Made by a program: the position numbers and the translations under genes. From NCBI RefSeq assembly GCF_009914755.1, contig NC_060935.1: a stretch of 64,000 bases of DNA, one strand, 5' to 3'. This DNA comes from the human T2T-CHM13v2.0 reference genome, Homo sapiens. Shown one piece after another: positions 1 to 13,363 of the stretch (position 1 is the first letter of the stretch; each line of letters starts with the position of its first letter). Under the pieces are notes generated by a model. That model was not told the DNA's origin and did not search any database. It saw nothing but the letters and a program-made list of their open reading frames with translations.

Positions 1-3000
1 GAAATTCAGTTTGCTAGTATTTTGTTGAGGATTTTTTTTGTCAATATTCATCATAGATATTGGCATGTAGTTTCCTTTTTTGATTTGCGTTTAGTTTTGG
101 TATCAGGGTAACACTGGCCTTTAGGAATGAGTTTGGAGGTATTTCCTCCTTCTCTATTTTTTAGAATACTTTGACTAGGTTTGGTATTAGTTCTTCTTTA
201 AATATTTGGTAGAATTCATCAGTGAAGCCATAGGGTTCCAGGCTTTTCTTTACTGGGAGACTTTTAAGGCTTCAGTCCCATTACTTGTTATTAGTTTCTT
301 CAGGTTTTGGATTTCTTCCTGGTTCAATCTTAATAGGTTGTATGTGTCTAGGAATTTGTCCATTTCGTCCAGGATTCCGGTTTATTGTAATATAGTTGCT
401 CATATTAGCCACTAATGACCCTTTGAAATTCTGACGTATCAGTTGTAATGTCTCCTTTTTCACCTCTGATTTTATTTATTTGGATCCTCTCTCCCTCTCT
501 TTTTAGTCTAACTAATTAAAGGCTTGTTAGTTTTGTTTCACTTTTCAAAAAAACAACTTTTTGTTATGTTGATCTTTTGTATCTTCTTCATTTTATTTCT
601 GCGCTGATCATTATTATTTCTTTTCTTCTACTAATACTGGGTTTATGTTGTTCTTGATTTTCTGGTTATTTAAGATGTACCATTAAGTTGTTTATTTGAA
701 GTTTTTTTTTGATGTAGGCACTTATGGCAATAAAATTCCCTCTTAGTACCGCTTTTGCTGGATTCTATAGGTTTTGGTATGTTGTGTTTTCACTATCATT
801 TATTTCAAAAATGTTTTGATTTTCTTAATTCTTTACTCAGGAGCATATAGTTTAATGTGCATGTATTTGTATAGTTCCCCAAATTCCTCATTATTGATTT
901 CTAGTTTTATTCCACTGTAGCAGGAGATGCTTGATATTATTTCAATTTATTTTGAATATTTTAAGACTTGTTTTGTGACCTAACATGTGGTCTATCCTTG
1001 AGAATGATCTACGTGCTGAGGAAAAGAATGTGTATTCTCAGCTTTTGGATGAAATGTTTTGTAAATATTAGATCCATTTGATGTATAGTGCAGATTAAGC
1101 TTGATGTTTTATTGTGGATTTTCTGGATTGTCACCCCAGTGGTGATAGTGGGGTGAAGTCTCCATCTATTATTGTATTGAGGCCTATCTCTCTCTTTAGC
1201 TCTAATAATATTTGCTTTATACATCTAGATGCTCCAGTGATGGGTGCATATATATGTAAAATTGTTATATTCTCCTATGAAATTGACCCCTTTATCATTA
1301 TATAGTGACCTTCTTTGTTTTTTCTTATAGTTTTTGACTTGAAACCTATTTTTTCTAATACAAGTATGGTGACTCCTGCTCCTTTTTGGTTTCCATTGGC
1401 ATACAATATGTTTTTCCATCCCTCTATTTTCAGTCTACATGTATCTTCATAGCTGAAGTGTGTTTCTTGTAGGACACAGATAAATGAGTTTTCTTTCCAT
1501 TCATTCAGCCACTCTATGTTTTTTGATTGGAAAGTTTAGTCGATTTACATTCAATGTTATTATTGATAAATAAAGATTTACTCCTCCCATTTTGTTATTT
1601 GTTTTCTGGTTGATTTGTATTCTTCTCTTCTTTCCTTTTTCCTTCCTGTTTTCCTTTAGTAAGGTGATTTTCTCAGGTGATATGATTTAGTTTCTTGCTT
1701 TTTATTTTTTGTGAATCTGTTGTATGGTTTTTTTGGTTTGAGGTTAGCAGGAGGCTTGCAAATACTGTCTTATAAACCATTATTTTAAACTGATAACAAG
1801 TTAACGTTGTTCAAATAAACAAAAAGAAAACTAATCTTCATTAGTTCTCTATGCCTTAACTTCATCCTCCTGCTTTGTAACATTTTGTTGTTTTTGTTTC
1901 TATTTTATTGTACTATGTCTTGAAAAGTTGTAGTTATTTTTGACTGGTTCTCCATCTAGTTTTTCTACCTAGGTAGGATAAGAGTAGTTTACACACCACG
2001 GTTAGAGTGTAATAATATTCAGTGTTTTTCTGTTTCTTTACTATTACTAGTGAATTTGGTATCTTTAGGTGATTACTTATGGCTCACTAAACTCCTTTTC
2101 TTTCTGATTGAAATACTGCCTTTATCACTTCTTGCAGGAGAGGAATGGTGTTAAATTCATCGAATAGAATTCTGCATTTCTTCTGTGTTATCTTGAATTC
2201 CTTTGATTTTCCTCAAAATACCTATTTTGAATTCTCCGTCAGAAAGGTCACATGTTGCTGTTTCTCCAAGATTGGTCCCTGGTGCCTTATTTAGTTCATT
2301 TGGTAAGAACATATTTTCCTGGATTGTCTTGATACTTGTAAGTTTGTCTAGGTTTGGCCACTGAAAACTTGGGCATTTATTATAATCTTTGCAGTCTGGC
2401 CTTGTTTGTACTCATCCTTCTTGGGAAAGATTTCCTGACATTTAAAAGGACTTGGGTGTTGTGATGTAAGTTGTTATCTCCATTCAGAAGCACCCCAATC
2501 CCAGTAACACTGAGGTTCTTGCACATTCGTAGAGGTACCACCTTTATAGTCTTGGACAAGATCCAGAATTCTCTGCATTAACAGACAGAGGCTCTTGTTC
2601 TCTTCTCTTACTTTCTCCCAAACAAACAGAATTTCTCTTTCTGAGTCACCTGAAGCTGGGGGTAGAGTAAAACAAACACCCCTGTGACCACCACTACTAT
2701 GACCATGCTGTGGCCAACCTGAAGCCAGCACAGTACTGGGTCTCACCCAGAGCCTGCATTACCACTCCTAGCTGCTGTCTATGTTCACTGAAGGCCCAGG
2801 GGCTCTATAATCATCAGCTGGCCATGCCAGCCAGGCCTGTGTCTTTCCCTGCATGTGGCAATTTCCCCAGGACTTGGGTGGGTCTACAGGTGCCATCTGG
2901 AAGCCAGAACCTAGAGTTAAAAACGTTAGAATTCTACCTGGTGTTCTATTGTCCTGTGGCTGAGCTGGCATTCAAACCACAATACTCAATCCTTGTGACT

Positions 3001-4325
3001 CTTCCCTCCTCCTTTTCAAAGGCAGCCTTACCTCAAGGCTGCCACCACCACAGGCCCACTGGGAATACTGCCAAACTATTGCCAATATTCTATTAAGAAC
3101 TAAGGTCTTTTAAGTCAGCTTGTGGCGAATGCTGCTTGGCCTGTGACTCACCCATCAGGGAAACGGGCTCCTCTCAGGCACAGAGCAGGTCCAGAAATGC
3201 CTCCAAGAGCTAAGTGCTGTAATCGGGGGCTCCAAGAGTTTGCTTGGTGTTCTACCCTCAGTGGCCAAGCTGGTACCTACAGTGCAAGACAAAGTCCCCT
3301 TTACTTTTCTCTCTGCTTTTCTCAAGAAGCAGCGGTCTTGACACTACAGCTGGAGATGTGCTGAGTCTCACCTGAAGCCTACAAGTCTCAGGGTTTCACC
3401 CACTGCCCTTGACATAGTACCTGACGATGGCTGCTGGTTATTCATGGCTCAAAGTTTCTTCAATTAGCAGCTGATGAATGCTGCCAGGAAGGGGTCCTTC
3501 CCTTCAGGATAGTGAGTTCCCTCTGGGCGCAGGATGCATCTAAATATGTCATCCAGGAGCTAAGGCCTGGAAAGGAGGCCTTATGACGCTGACCCATACC
3601 CTATGCCACTGTGGCTCAGCTCGTATCCAAGATGCAGGACAAATTCTCCCCACTCTTTCCTCTTTTCTCTTCAAGCAGAAGGAAGGAGTCTCTTTTGGAG
3701 CTGTGAGCTGTGCAGCCTGTGATTAGGAGAGGGGTAATGCCAGCACTCTCTTAGTTGTGTGGGCTGGTGTCTCAGTAGGTCATGTTCCCCGCTAGTCCCC
3801 TGTCTCTGGGTCAAGTTCAGCACTAGGACTCTTCTAGGAGTTGCAGTCCTTGTGGCCTAGATTGCTTTTCAAGTTTATTTAGAGCCCCAGGAGCTCTTTG
3901 GACCATGATGGCGAGGCTTGCAGGAACTCACGTTCCAACCCCTGGGATTGGCGATTCTCCTTTTGGTTCAAATGCTCCTTCCGTAGGTGGGTGTCAGCCA
4001 GGATTGATCCGGTTTTCCTTTTCTGCTATAACAGGACAGCAGTGAGTTCAATGCCTCACAATTACTCTGCTCTCCTTTCCCCCGTGCACAGAAATGCTGT
4101 CAGTACCAGAATACCTCTGCTTGGGGATAGGGGAGGCATGGCACCAGCAATTCAACACTGTTTTTTCTGCCTCTTTCTGCAATACAAAGTTAAAACCAGG
4201 TACTACAAGTGCTCACCTGATTTTTGTTTCTCACAAAGGTGCTTTTTTGTGCCATTGGTGTCCTTGTCAGGGGGACAAGCAGTAGAGTCTTCTTCTATTC
4301 TTCCATCTTGCTCCATCTCCCCTCT
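1..4325 (-). mobile_element. Old L1 (L1MA/L1M-type): 5' UTR, internally deleted ORF1 and 5' part of ORF2 (endonuclease region); continues beyond the left window edge
   Basis: 1-1600 is antisense L1 ORF2 5' sequence. ORF1 remnants lie at ~2090-2470 and a GC-richer 5' UTR at 2470-4325. The end reverse-complements to 'agaggggagatggagcaagatggaagaatagaag', the typical L1 start with a YY1-type CAAGATGG motif. Confidence 0.9.
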
Positions 4326-4842
4326 TGCACTCTCAAGCTGATACACTCTTATCTGGAAGGACAAGGCAAAATCTCTAGGCAAGGCGAATACTTCACTAGA
4401 ACAAACAAGTCACAGTGCTAATCAAGGACAATAATACAATCCAGAATGTGTGTAATATTTATAGTTTCTAATATTTAATCAAATTATCAAATCATGTAAG
4501 AAACAACATTGCATTTAGCAGAAAAAGCTTTAAAGCAACTATTATTTATATATTTAAAAAATTAATAAATATCAAATTAAATGTAATATAATTTTATCAT
4601 ATAGGTCAGGGATTTCAGCATAACAATGAAACAAATGAAATTCAAAATGGAATTGCAGAACAGAAAATTAAAATAACAATTTAAGGGGTTTAACAGCAGA
4701 TGGGAAATGGTAAAAGTCAGGAAATTTGAAGACAGTTTAAAACAAAATATCCAATCTGAAAAAAATAAAAAAAAATAGGAAAAATAAATAGAGCCTCAGA
4801 GATCTTTGGGACATTTTAAAAAGTGTCTGATATACTTAATTA

Positions 4843-5330
4843 TGCTATGAAGTGAAACTAACCCAGCGGTCATGGTGAATGAAAGAAAGTTGGTCCTGCC
4901 CACTTTGTTCTTGGAGCAGGATGCTCCAGACAAATATCCCTTTTGCACCTCTGAGCTAAGATGGTTTCTGTAACTAAAGTGGAGCTCAGACTCTCTGGCT
5001 AGAAAATTCCTTCCACCATCTGCTTCAAAGGGACATCCAATAGAGACTTATGGTTTGAGATTTGGAAACTACCCAATTGGGACTTAGCTGTTTTAAGCTA
5101 AATGGATTGAATGAGTTTGAATTATTTATTTGCATATACAGACGTCCCTGAGGACTGATGTGGGAACTTTCCCTATTTAAGCCAGACCCCCTATTTGTTC
5201 TCCAGAACACACTTTTGTTTACACCAGGGGTTGTATCCGCCTAATCCACAAATTGATTTTTGTTGTTGTTTTCAGAAAATAAAGCTCTATTTTTTTTCCT
5301 TCTGGAAGACCTAATGATCTTTATTTAACA
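4843..5330 (+). mobile_element. Solo ERV LTR (MER4-group-like, subfamily uncertain)
   Basis: TG...CA termini, near-TSD atta/ataa, TATA-like 'ctatttaag' and 'aataaa' at ~5278. It splits the flanking L1 sequence. Confidence 0.6.
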
Positions 5331-5351
5331 ATAAGAATCCCAGAATGAGAC

Positions 5352-5445
5352 AAAAAAAGAAAGGAGGAGGAGGAGGAGGAGGCAGAGGAAGAGAAGGAAG
5401 GAAAATGGAGGAAGGAAAATGGAGGTAGGGACGGAGGGAGAATGG
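5352..5445 (+). repeat. GA-rich low complexity with (GGA)n and a duplicated 'ggaaggaaaatgga'
   Basis: Read directly from the sequence. Confidence 0.85.
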
Positions 5446-6177
5446 GCCAAAGACTTTTAACTTTTGATTAAAATTTCAAATTACAGGTGAAAGAATTGCA
5501 GTCAACCCTTATCTGAATAAATACAATGAGAGTTAAACCTAGGCATGTCATAATACAATTTCTAAATAGTAAAGTTAAAGAAAAATTTCAGAAAGACCCG
5601 GAGTTAAAAGACATATTATGAACAGGAGACATGGGGATATGAATTATACTGATTTATCATCAAAAACAATGACAGCACAAAATAAATGATATCTTTATAG
5701 TGTTAAAAAAAATCCTGATTTCTATTTCCAGTGAATGTATCCTTCAAAAATCAGGCTAAAGGATATATATTTTCAGAAGTATAAATCTGAGAGCTTTTGT
5801 TGTCAGAAGGTGTATGCTACAGAACATAATAAAAGGTATTTTATACCAAATGGAAACTCCAATATACTGGCAGGAATGAAAACAACAGAATGAATAAATG
5901 TTGGCAAATATAAAAATTCTTAGTGGTTAGTAATTTCAAATTTAAAGCACTTCAACCCCACATGAAAACTTCTGACCTATAATAATTTTAAAGCATATGT
6001 ATACATTTGTATGTTACTTTTAACGTATTATATCATTTTAAATACTACATCTGCAAAGTTGATAAAGTTGGAATCAGAAAGAATATATCATGTTCAGTTT
6101 GGTGATCAAACACTAAAGATTGAACTTTATATGGTGCTATACCAAAAACAGATTTAAGCATGGTTTTTATAACATGA

Positions 6178-6503
<326 letters not shown>

Positions 6504-7436
6504 TGGTTAGTTTTTATAATTTTCATGCTTTACTTTCAGTTAATAAGAGAAAAAGTTTCCATTTGCTATTTGTATTTCTTACAAACTGTGGATGAAAATA
6601 TAATTACTATATTTTCTACTTAATATTGGATTTTAAAGTGCTAGAGACATCTTCATGTTCTACATAAAATTTTTGATTATGTAAATGTAATTATCAGAGC
6701 TGGCAAAACTGATCTTGGTGAATTATCTTCATGTTCATATGCCTTATTCATGCGTTTTCTTTTATTATCAGTGGTCATCATGTTTCCTGTGAGAATATAT
6801 GGTGAAAATATAACTCAAATTAAAATTACATATTGGTCCAAAAACTCACTACAGCACTGTTTTGGGGAGGACAATTCTTAGAGACTATTTGACGTGCAGC
6901 AACAAGAGAAGAGAGGATATGCACAAAGACTGCTTTATACACCAGTGCGGGGGCAGTGTACAGGTGATCCAGGCAATAGTCCCCTGTAAACGATATTAGT
7001 TCAAACACCTGTCCTTATTTAATTGACCCATAATGAAATATGTTACTTTCATTTTTATCTCAGACATAAAGAGATAATATATCCAAAAATTCTCAAGGAA
7101 AAGGAAGAGATCAAATGTTAAGATGAGAACTTCATGTTTTAGAGGTAAGTTAGAAGTTTGGAATGGATGTCTGTGCCTTCAGACAGAGTTCCTGGAAATT
7201 GGAAAGACTGGGAAGACACACAGAAAAAAATCTGCTCCAGCAAACATGTCTTTGCTATTCAGTATGATCACCATCACCTGTTTTCATTATTATTTAAACA
7301 GAATGGAAATCATCAGATAATTACTGAAGTAAAGATGGGCGTATTTTAAACTGTTCATTGTCGTTATTGTCAATATCAACACCATAATCATTATTTTCAT
7401 CAATCTTTACTTTAAAAATATGTACAATTGATAGCC

Positions 7437-7719
7437 TTTTTTTTTTTTTTTCCGTTTTTGAGACACGGTCTTGCTCTGTGCCCAGGCTGGAGCGCAGTAG
7501 CATGCTCACTGCAGCCTCAACCTTTGGGACTCAAGCAATCCTCACACCTCAGCCTCTGGAGTAGCAGGGACCATAGATGCACACAACCATGTCTATTTTT
7601 TGTAGAGATGGGGTTTTGCCATGTTGCCCAGGCTGGTCTCAAACTCCTAGGCTCAGTGATGTACCCACCCCAACCTCTCAAAGCATTGAGATTACAGGCA
7701 TGAGCCACCGCACCAGTCC
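7437..7719 (-). mobile_element. Alu (AluJ-like, diverged)
   Basis: Poly-T followed by 'gagacacggtcttgctctgtgcccaggctggag ... gagccaccgcaccagtcc'. Confidence 0.95.
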
Positions 7720-8000
7720 TTATAGCATTTTAAAATATAGTAAAATACTTCATATGTTGATATTTGATTTAATAAAGCAATAGTTAATAATTTATCTTGT
7801 AGGTGAATATAGTTAATTGATATTATGAAACTGTGTTCTATAATGATTGCCAAATAATGTGGGTCTACCATGGCTAATGAATATGGAAAAATATTAATTA
7901 TAATGATACAAAACTTCAAAAATACATTTTTTAAAACAGAGAGTTTTCTATATTTTCAATGTCTCATCTATTTTTATCTTTCTACTAATTTTAATCTTCA

Positions 8001-8327
<327 letters not shown>

Positions 8328-8515
8328 TAATTTACCCAGACATCACCATTTGCATTTGGGCATTTTTGTCAGAACCTTTCTGTGATCCACATGCTATTCA
8401 TAGATGAAACCTCTCATCCATCAGGCTGAAAAATGTCTTTATCCTAAAAACAGACAGGAACGTGATACTTTGCCTCTCCAGCTGGATTATTAATATTTGG
8501 ACTCAAACCTAACTC

Positions 8516-9447
8516 TATTTTTGTTGTTTTCTTTTAGTTCCAGGGGTACATAGGCAAGTTTGTTATATAGGTAATTTCCATGTCGAGGGGATTTTGCGTA
8601 TGGATTATTTTATCACCCAGGTAATAAGCATAGTACCTGATTGGTAGCTTTTCAATCCTCACCCTCTTCCCACCCTGCTCCAGGCCCAGTATCTATTGTT
8701 CCCTTCTGTGTGTCTATATGTACTCAATTGTTAACCCACACTTACATGTGAGAACATGAGGTATTTGGTGTTCTGTTCTTGCATTAATTTGCTTAGGGTA
8801 ATAACCTCCAGCTCCATGTTGCTGCCAAGGACATGATCTCATGCTTTTTTATGGATGTATAATATTCCATGGTGTATATGCAGCACATTTTCTTTATTCA
8901 TTCTACCATTGATGGGCATTTAGGTTGATTCCATGTCTTTGTTATTGTGAATAGTGCTGTGATGAACATACAAGTCCACGTATCATTATGGTAGAATGAT
9001 TTATATTCCTTTGGGTATATATCCAATAATGATATTGCTGGGTGGAATGGTAGTTCTAAGTTATTTGAGAAATCTCCAAACTACTTTTCGCAGTGATTAA
9101 CTAATTTACATTCCCACCAGAAGTGTACAAGCATTTTCCTTTCTCTGCAACCTCACCAGCATCTGTTATTTTTTGACTTTAAAATAAAATAGCTATTCTG
9201 ACTTATGTGAGTTGGTATTTCACTGTTTTCAATTTGTGTTTCTCTAATGATTACTGATGTTGAACATTTCTTTTTCATATACTTGTTGGCTGCATGTATA
9301 TCTTCTTTAGCGAAGTGTTTGTTCATGTCCTTGTCCACTTTTTAGTGGGATTGATTTTTGCTTGTTAAGTTCCTTATAGACTGTGGATATTAGACCTTTG
9401 TCAAATGCATAGTTTGCAATTTTTTTTCCATTCTGTGGGTTGTCTCC
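8516..9447 (-). mobile_element. 5'-truncated L1 3' end (L1PB/old L1PA)
   Basis: Antisense L1 3' UTR plus ORF2 C-terminus (ORF 9153-9338 'DMNKHFAKEDIHAANKYMKK'). Degenerate TSD caaacctaactct / aaaaccaactct. Confidence 0.92.
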
Positions 9448-9869
9448 CAAAACCAACTCTTAATAATACTCATGCTAATCTTTCATTTTCATTTGTTTGT
9501 TTTTGTAAGCAGGGGCTCTCATGAAGCCTGTTACTAAACATGAGGTGGTTTATTTTTTCAATTTAATTTTTTTTGAAATTTCCATCTGTTATACTTTCAT
9601 GTTCTTTTTCTCACTTTTTTCTTGTGCACCTATGTCTAATTTTCCATTCATTGGATGTATATTAATTTCTTTTTGAAATAGTTGTGCTTGTACTTTTATT
9701 ACTCTGCTTTGTTCTCTCTCATTTTTTTCTCACTGTTCCCCCCACTCAGTGGAGTTGCAGAGCAACTGATGACATTTTTAATAATCAGAGCTGCTTTTTC
9801 CTCTTGTTTGTCAAAGAATAGGTATTTGCTAAGGACATCTAAAATGTCCTTAGGTAATAATAATTGTCC

Positions 9870-10000
9870 CTAGTATTTATTGACAGCTTATTATATACCT
9901 GATTTATGCCAATAATTTTATAGCAATTTCTTACTAAATCCTTGCAAAATATGATGAAGCATTACCATAGATCTTTAAAGATGAGAAAACAGTCTCAGAG
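9870..10000 (-). mobile_element. MIR fragment
   Basis: 'tatttattgacagcttattatatacc ... agatgagaaaacagtctcagag' resembles MIR core/tail. Confidence 0.65.
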
Positions 10001-10004
10001 TATA

Positions 10005-10380
10005 TTGTAGAGACAATACTATTTTTTATCTGTTTTTTTTTTATTTCTAATACAGGAAAAAAAAACAAACTGTATTACCCGAAATGTCTTTGTAGGCATA
10101 TGACTGGGTTCTGTCAACAAGGCTCCCCCAGGAATGACAGATGCCATTTTTAAGTCAGACCATTAGTTCTTGAGGATGGTGATATTTTGTATTTTTCCTC
10201 TTCTCCTTCCACAGTGATCTCAAAAGTCACATTATTGTCCTGGCAATGCTATTATGTGAAAAAATCCTGGATTCTTATGCTATCATTTAAAAAATTGCTG
10301 CCTGATCAACATGAAAGAGAAATAAAAGTTAATAATGTTAAGCTGTGGAACTTTTGAGAATATATATAATACCTATTATG
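10005..10380 (+). mobile_element. MLT1-type MaLR LTR, diverged
   Basis: 'gcatatgactgggttctgtcaac', 'gagaaataaaag...gttaagctgtgga'. Confidence 0.5.
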
Positions 10381-10382
10381 AC

Positions 10383-10913
10383 TGTGAGTGAGGGGTCCAG
10401 CTCCAGGCAAAATCTTATGTAAAATATTTGATTGACTATAGGCAGTTGCAAAGGCTTTGCCTTCCAAGCCTCATGAGGGAAAGCTACCCTTCCCACAGCA
10501 CACGTGGTGGTGCCTTACAGTTTTCTCAAAAGAGTTATACTCAGGACTCAGTCCCTCTTAGCCATCCATAGTCATAGGCATGTTTGCATTACTAGCTCAG
10601 GCACTTCAATTTAGAGATTCCTTATCGGGGAAGGGATGCTTCAGCTCAGGCACTTTTCAGGTGCCCCTGTGAAGACCGCCTTATCTAAACACTTTTCTCC
10701 ATTCTTACTCAGTACTTCTCTTTACTCAGACTCTCCACCTTTCCCTACCCTCAAACCAAGGAAGCAGTGTCTCTTTCAGAGAAATGGAACACGAGGGAAG
10801 TGTCATCATATTTTGTCCCTCCCTTACATGGCCACGGTAAGAACAGGCTTGATGATTATGTTCAGTTTGATTCATTATACTGTTTGACTACCTGGACACC
10901 TGGCAGCTTGACA
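10383..10913 (+). mobile_element. ERVL-type solo LTR (subfamily uncertain)
   Basis: TG...CA bounded, GC-richer ~530-bp block ending 'gacacctggcagcttgaca'. Confidence 0.5.
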
Positions 10914-12129
10914 GAGAGATGTTAAAAAAAACAACAAACACTCAGTTCTTAAGGGCCACAATTTTGATACTAACCCTCCAGTCCTGATTCAAAAGCAGTT
11001 TTCTTAGCAACTTACTACTCTTTACTCTCTACAAGATGAAGGGTTAAATTAGTGTAAGTCTAAGCTTTACGCAGATATCTGGTCCCTGTTATAGTTATCA
11101 GAGTAGGTATCTATAGATGTAGGCGCTGAGAACTCCTAGCAAAGTGAATGTATGTAGCCATTAAAAATGTTCTTGTCACTTTCCTAATAAAGTTCGTTTC
11201 TAACAGTCATTGAATACATGGATCAGGGTGACAGGAGAGTGAACAACCATTCATTTTAAAACAAGACTGCTGAATGATGTTTCTTTTCCTCAAAATGGAG
11301 ATATTTTGTCTCTCATTAGAAGATGTAAATGTATGAGTCTCTGGACCTATAAATATTTTTAAGTATTTTCTCAAAAGAGAAAAATTTGGATGTTCATGAA
11401 AATGTTTTCATCCTTTCAAATACAAAGCCATTAGATATGTATTACTTTCTGTTTTAATTATTATTGTGTTGTCCTCTGCGGGTGGTGTCATCCACTGTTA
11501 CATCTGTTGTGTGGTAGAATAAAATTTTTAATAACGTGCCCTTACATTTCTTCTAAGATTAAAAAAACACAAAAAACAAACAAACCTAATTGTGGAAAAT
11601 GAGCAAAAATAATTTGCTTTCAACCCACACAAGTTATTGTCTTATGAAGACTAGTAAATTAGCCTTCTGCTTAAAATGACAGAACTAGTTAGACTAGAGC
11701 TTGAGTGTTCACAAATAAAACTTTTAATCTGTAAACCGCATCTAACTGATATAGCATGACCCCTGTCTGAAAAATATCCTCCCTCTTATGACCTTCCTTC
11801 TGCAATGTGAGCAGCACAATTGCAACTATAATCATAAGACAAGCCAGAGAGAAAAATAAAATAGTGTACCAAACTAAAATCATCTTCATAAGTAGTCTTC
11901 TGTGGCTTATTAGAACTATATTTTTCATAAAACATCTTTAGCTTTTTCCAAATTATGTAGCATTTACTAGTTTCAGGTATTATAACCTGATACATGTGTG
12001 GGGTATTGTTCAACCCAACACACAATTCTTTATTCTTCTGCCTCAACCAGTACTGTGTACTGTAGGTGTATACTGTCCTGGCGAGTGTTCAACCTTGAAT
12101 ATGAAGCTTTTTGTAATGAAGGCTATCTC

Positions 12130-12750
12130 TAAAAGGGACTGACATTTTAACATTGCCTATGGACAATACTCCTAGCATCTGGGGAAAAAAAATCATTTTT
12201 TGAAACAGGCTGAAGACAATGGCATCTCTTCGTGCAGTTCAATCACTTTATAGAAAAGAAAGTGCATCATTGGTCAAACTATGATATAATCCACTACTCC
12301 TATCCTATATGACACCCTTAGAGTCTTCTGGTCTCCTAATAATGAAATGGAATTTTGAATATGCAGCTATAGCAGCAGCTCTACAATGAAAGTATCATTC
12401 TCAAGGATTTATTATACCCTGAAGTCAATAACCATTATGTAATTTTTTGCCATAAATAACATACATGGGATCAGAAGTAGAATTGTGAAATATGAGTGTC
12501 CCATTTATCATCCTTCAATTGAAGCACATGGGGAATTTGTACCCCTCTTCCTGAAACTATAGCCTCTGCATATATAGATAACCTGCTCTTCAGAAGGGAA
12601 CCATTCCACTAGCAACACAGTCTCATTTAAATTTTAGGTAGGTGTAACATTCCAGCCCCTTTGTTTCAACTTGCAAGAACACTAAAGAGTCATCTTAGGT
12701 TTGAAATTCCCCATAACATTGACCAATGCCTCTGTGGCACTGTTGCAGAA
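12130..12750 (+). mobile_element. MaLR/ERVL internal remnant followed by an MLT1 LTR piece
   Basis: Degenerate MLT-int-like text ('ggggaatttgtacccctcttcctgaaactatagcctctgc', 'cagaagggaaccattccactagc'). Confidence 0.45.
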
Positions 12751-12789
12751 TTGGAGAGAGAAGAAAATGAAACCAATGAGTAAACTGAT

Positions 12790-12900
12790 TGTCATAATTT
12801 AGGACCTTATAGGTTGTAATACAGAACTTGACTTTCACTTTGAGTGAGATGGGAAGTCATTTCAGGGTTTGAATCACTCTTGCTACTTCATAGGAAATAA
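12790..12900 (-). mobile_element. L2 fragment
   Basis: 'gactttcactttgagtgagatgggaagtcatttcagggttttga'. Confidence 0.6.
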
Positions 12901-13001
12901 ACCCTGGGTTGCAGGAAGGAGACGACGATGGAACAAGAAAAGGGTGAAGTCTGAACAAGATTCATTGAAATGGGTAGAAATAATAGATTTACATTATCCC
13001 T

Positions 13002-13363
13002 TATATTAGTCTGTTTTCATGCTGCTCATAAAGACATACCCCAAAATGGGTAATTAATTTAAAAAAATAGGTTTAATGGACTCATAGTTCCATGTGGCTG
13101 GGGAGGCCTCACTATCATTGCAAAGGTGAAAGGCACTTCTTACAGGGCAGTGGCAAGAGAGAATGAGAGAGCCAAGCAAAAGGGATTTCTCCTTATAAGA
13201 CCACCAGTTCTCATGAGACTTATTTACTACCATGAGAATAGTATTGATGAAACCACGCCAATGATTCAATTATCTCCCACTGGGTCCCTCCCACAACATG
13301 TGGGAATTATGAAACCTACAATTCAAGATGAGGTTTGGGTGGGGACACAGCCAAATGCTATCA
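13002..13363 (-). mobile_element. THE1 (MaLR) solo LTR
   Basis: 'tatattagtctgttttcatgctgct...tttgggtggggacacagccaaatgctatca' is antisense THE1 LTR, ~360 bp. Confidence 0.93.

Larger units (their letters stand above)
4480..5915 (+). mobile_element. Ancient L1ME/L1MD-type ORF1 remnant, interrupted by an LTR
   Basis: A-rich degenerate ORF1-like text ('gagcctcagagatctttgggaca', 'gaatcccagaatgaga', 'tatccttcaaaaatcagg'). Confidence 0.65.

Noticed and set aside
2474-4421. Several 60-147-aa ORFs
   Set aside because: They lie in the GC-richer L1 5' UTR, where stop codons are rarer. No recognisable protein.
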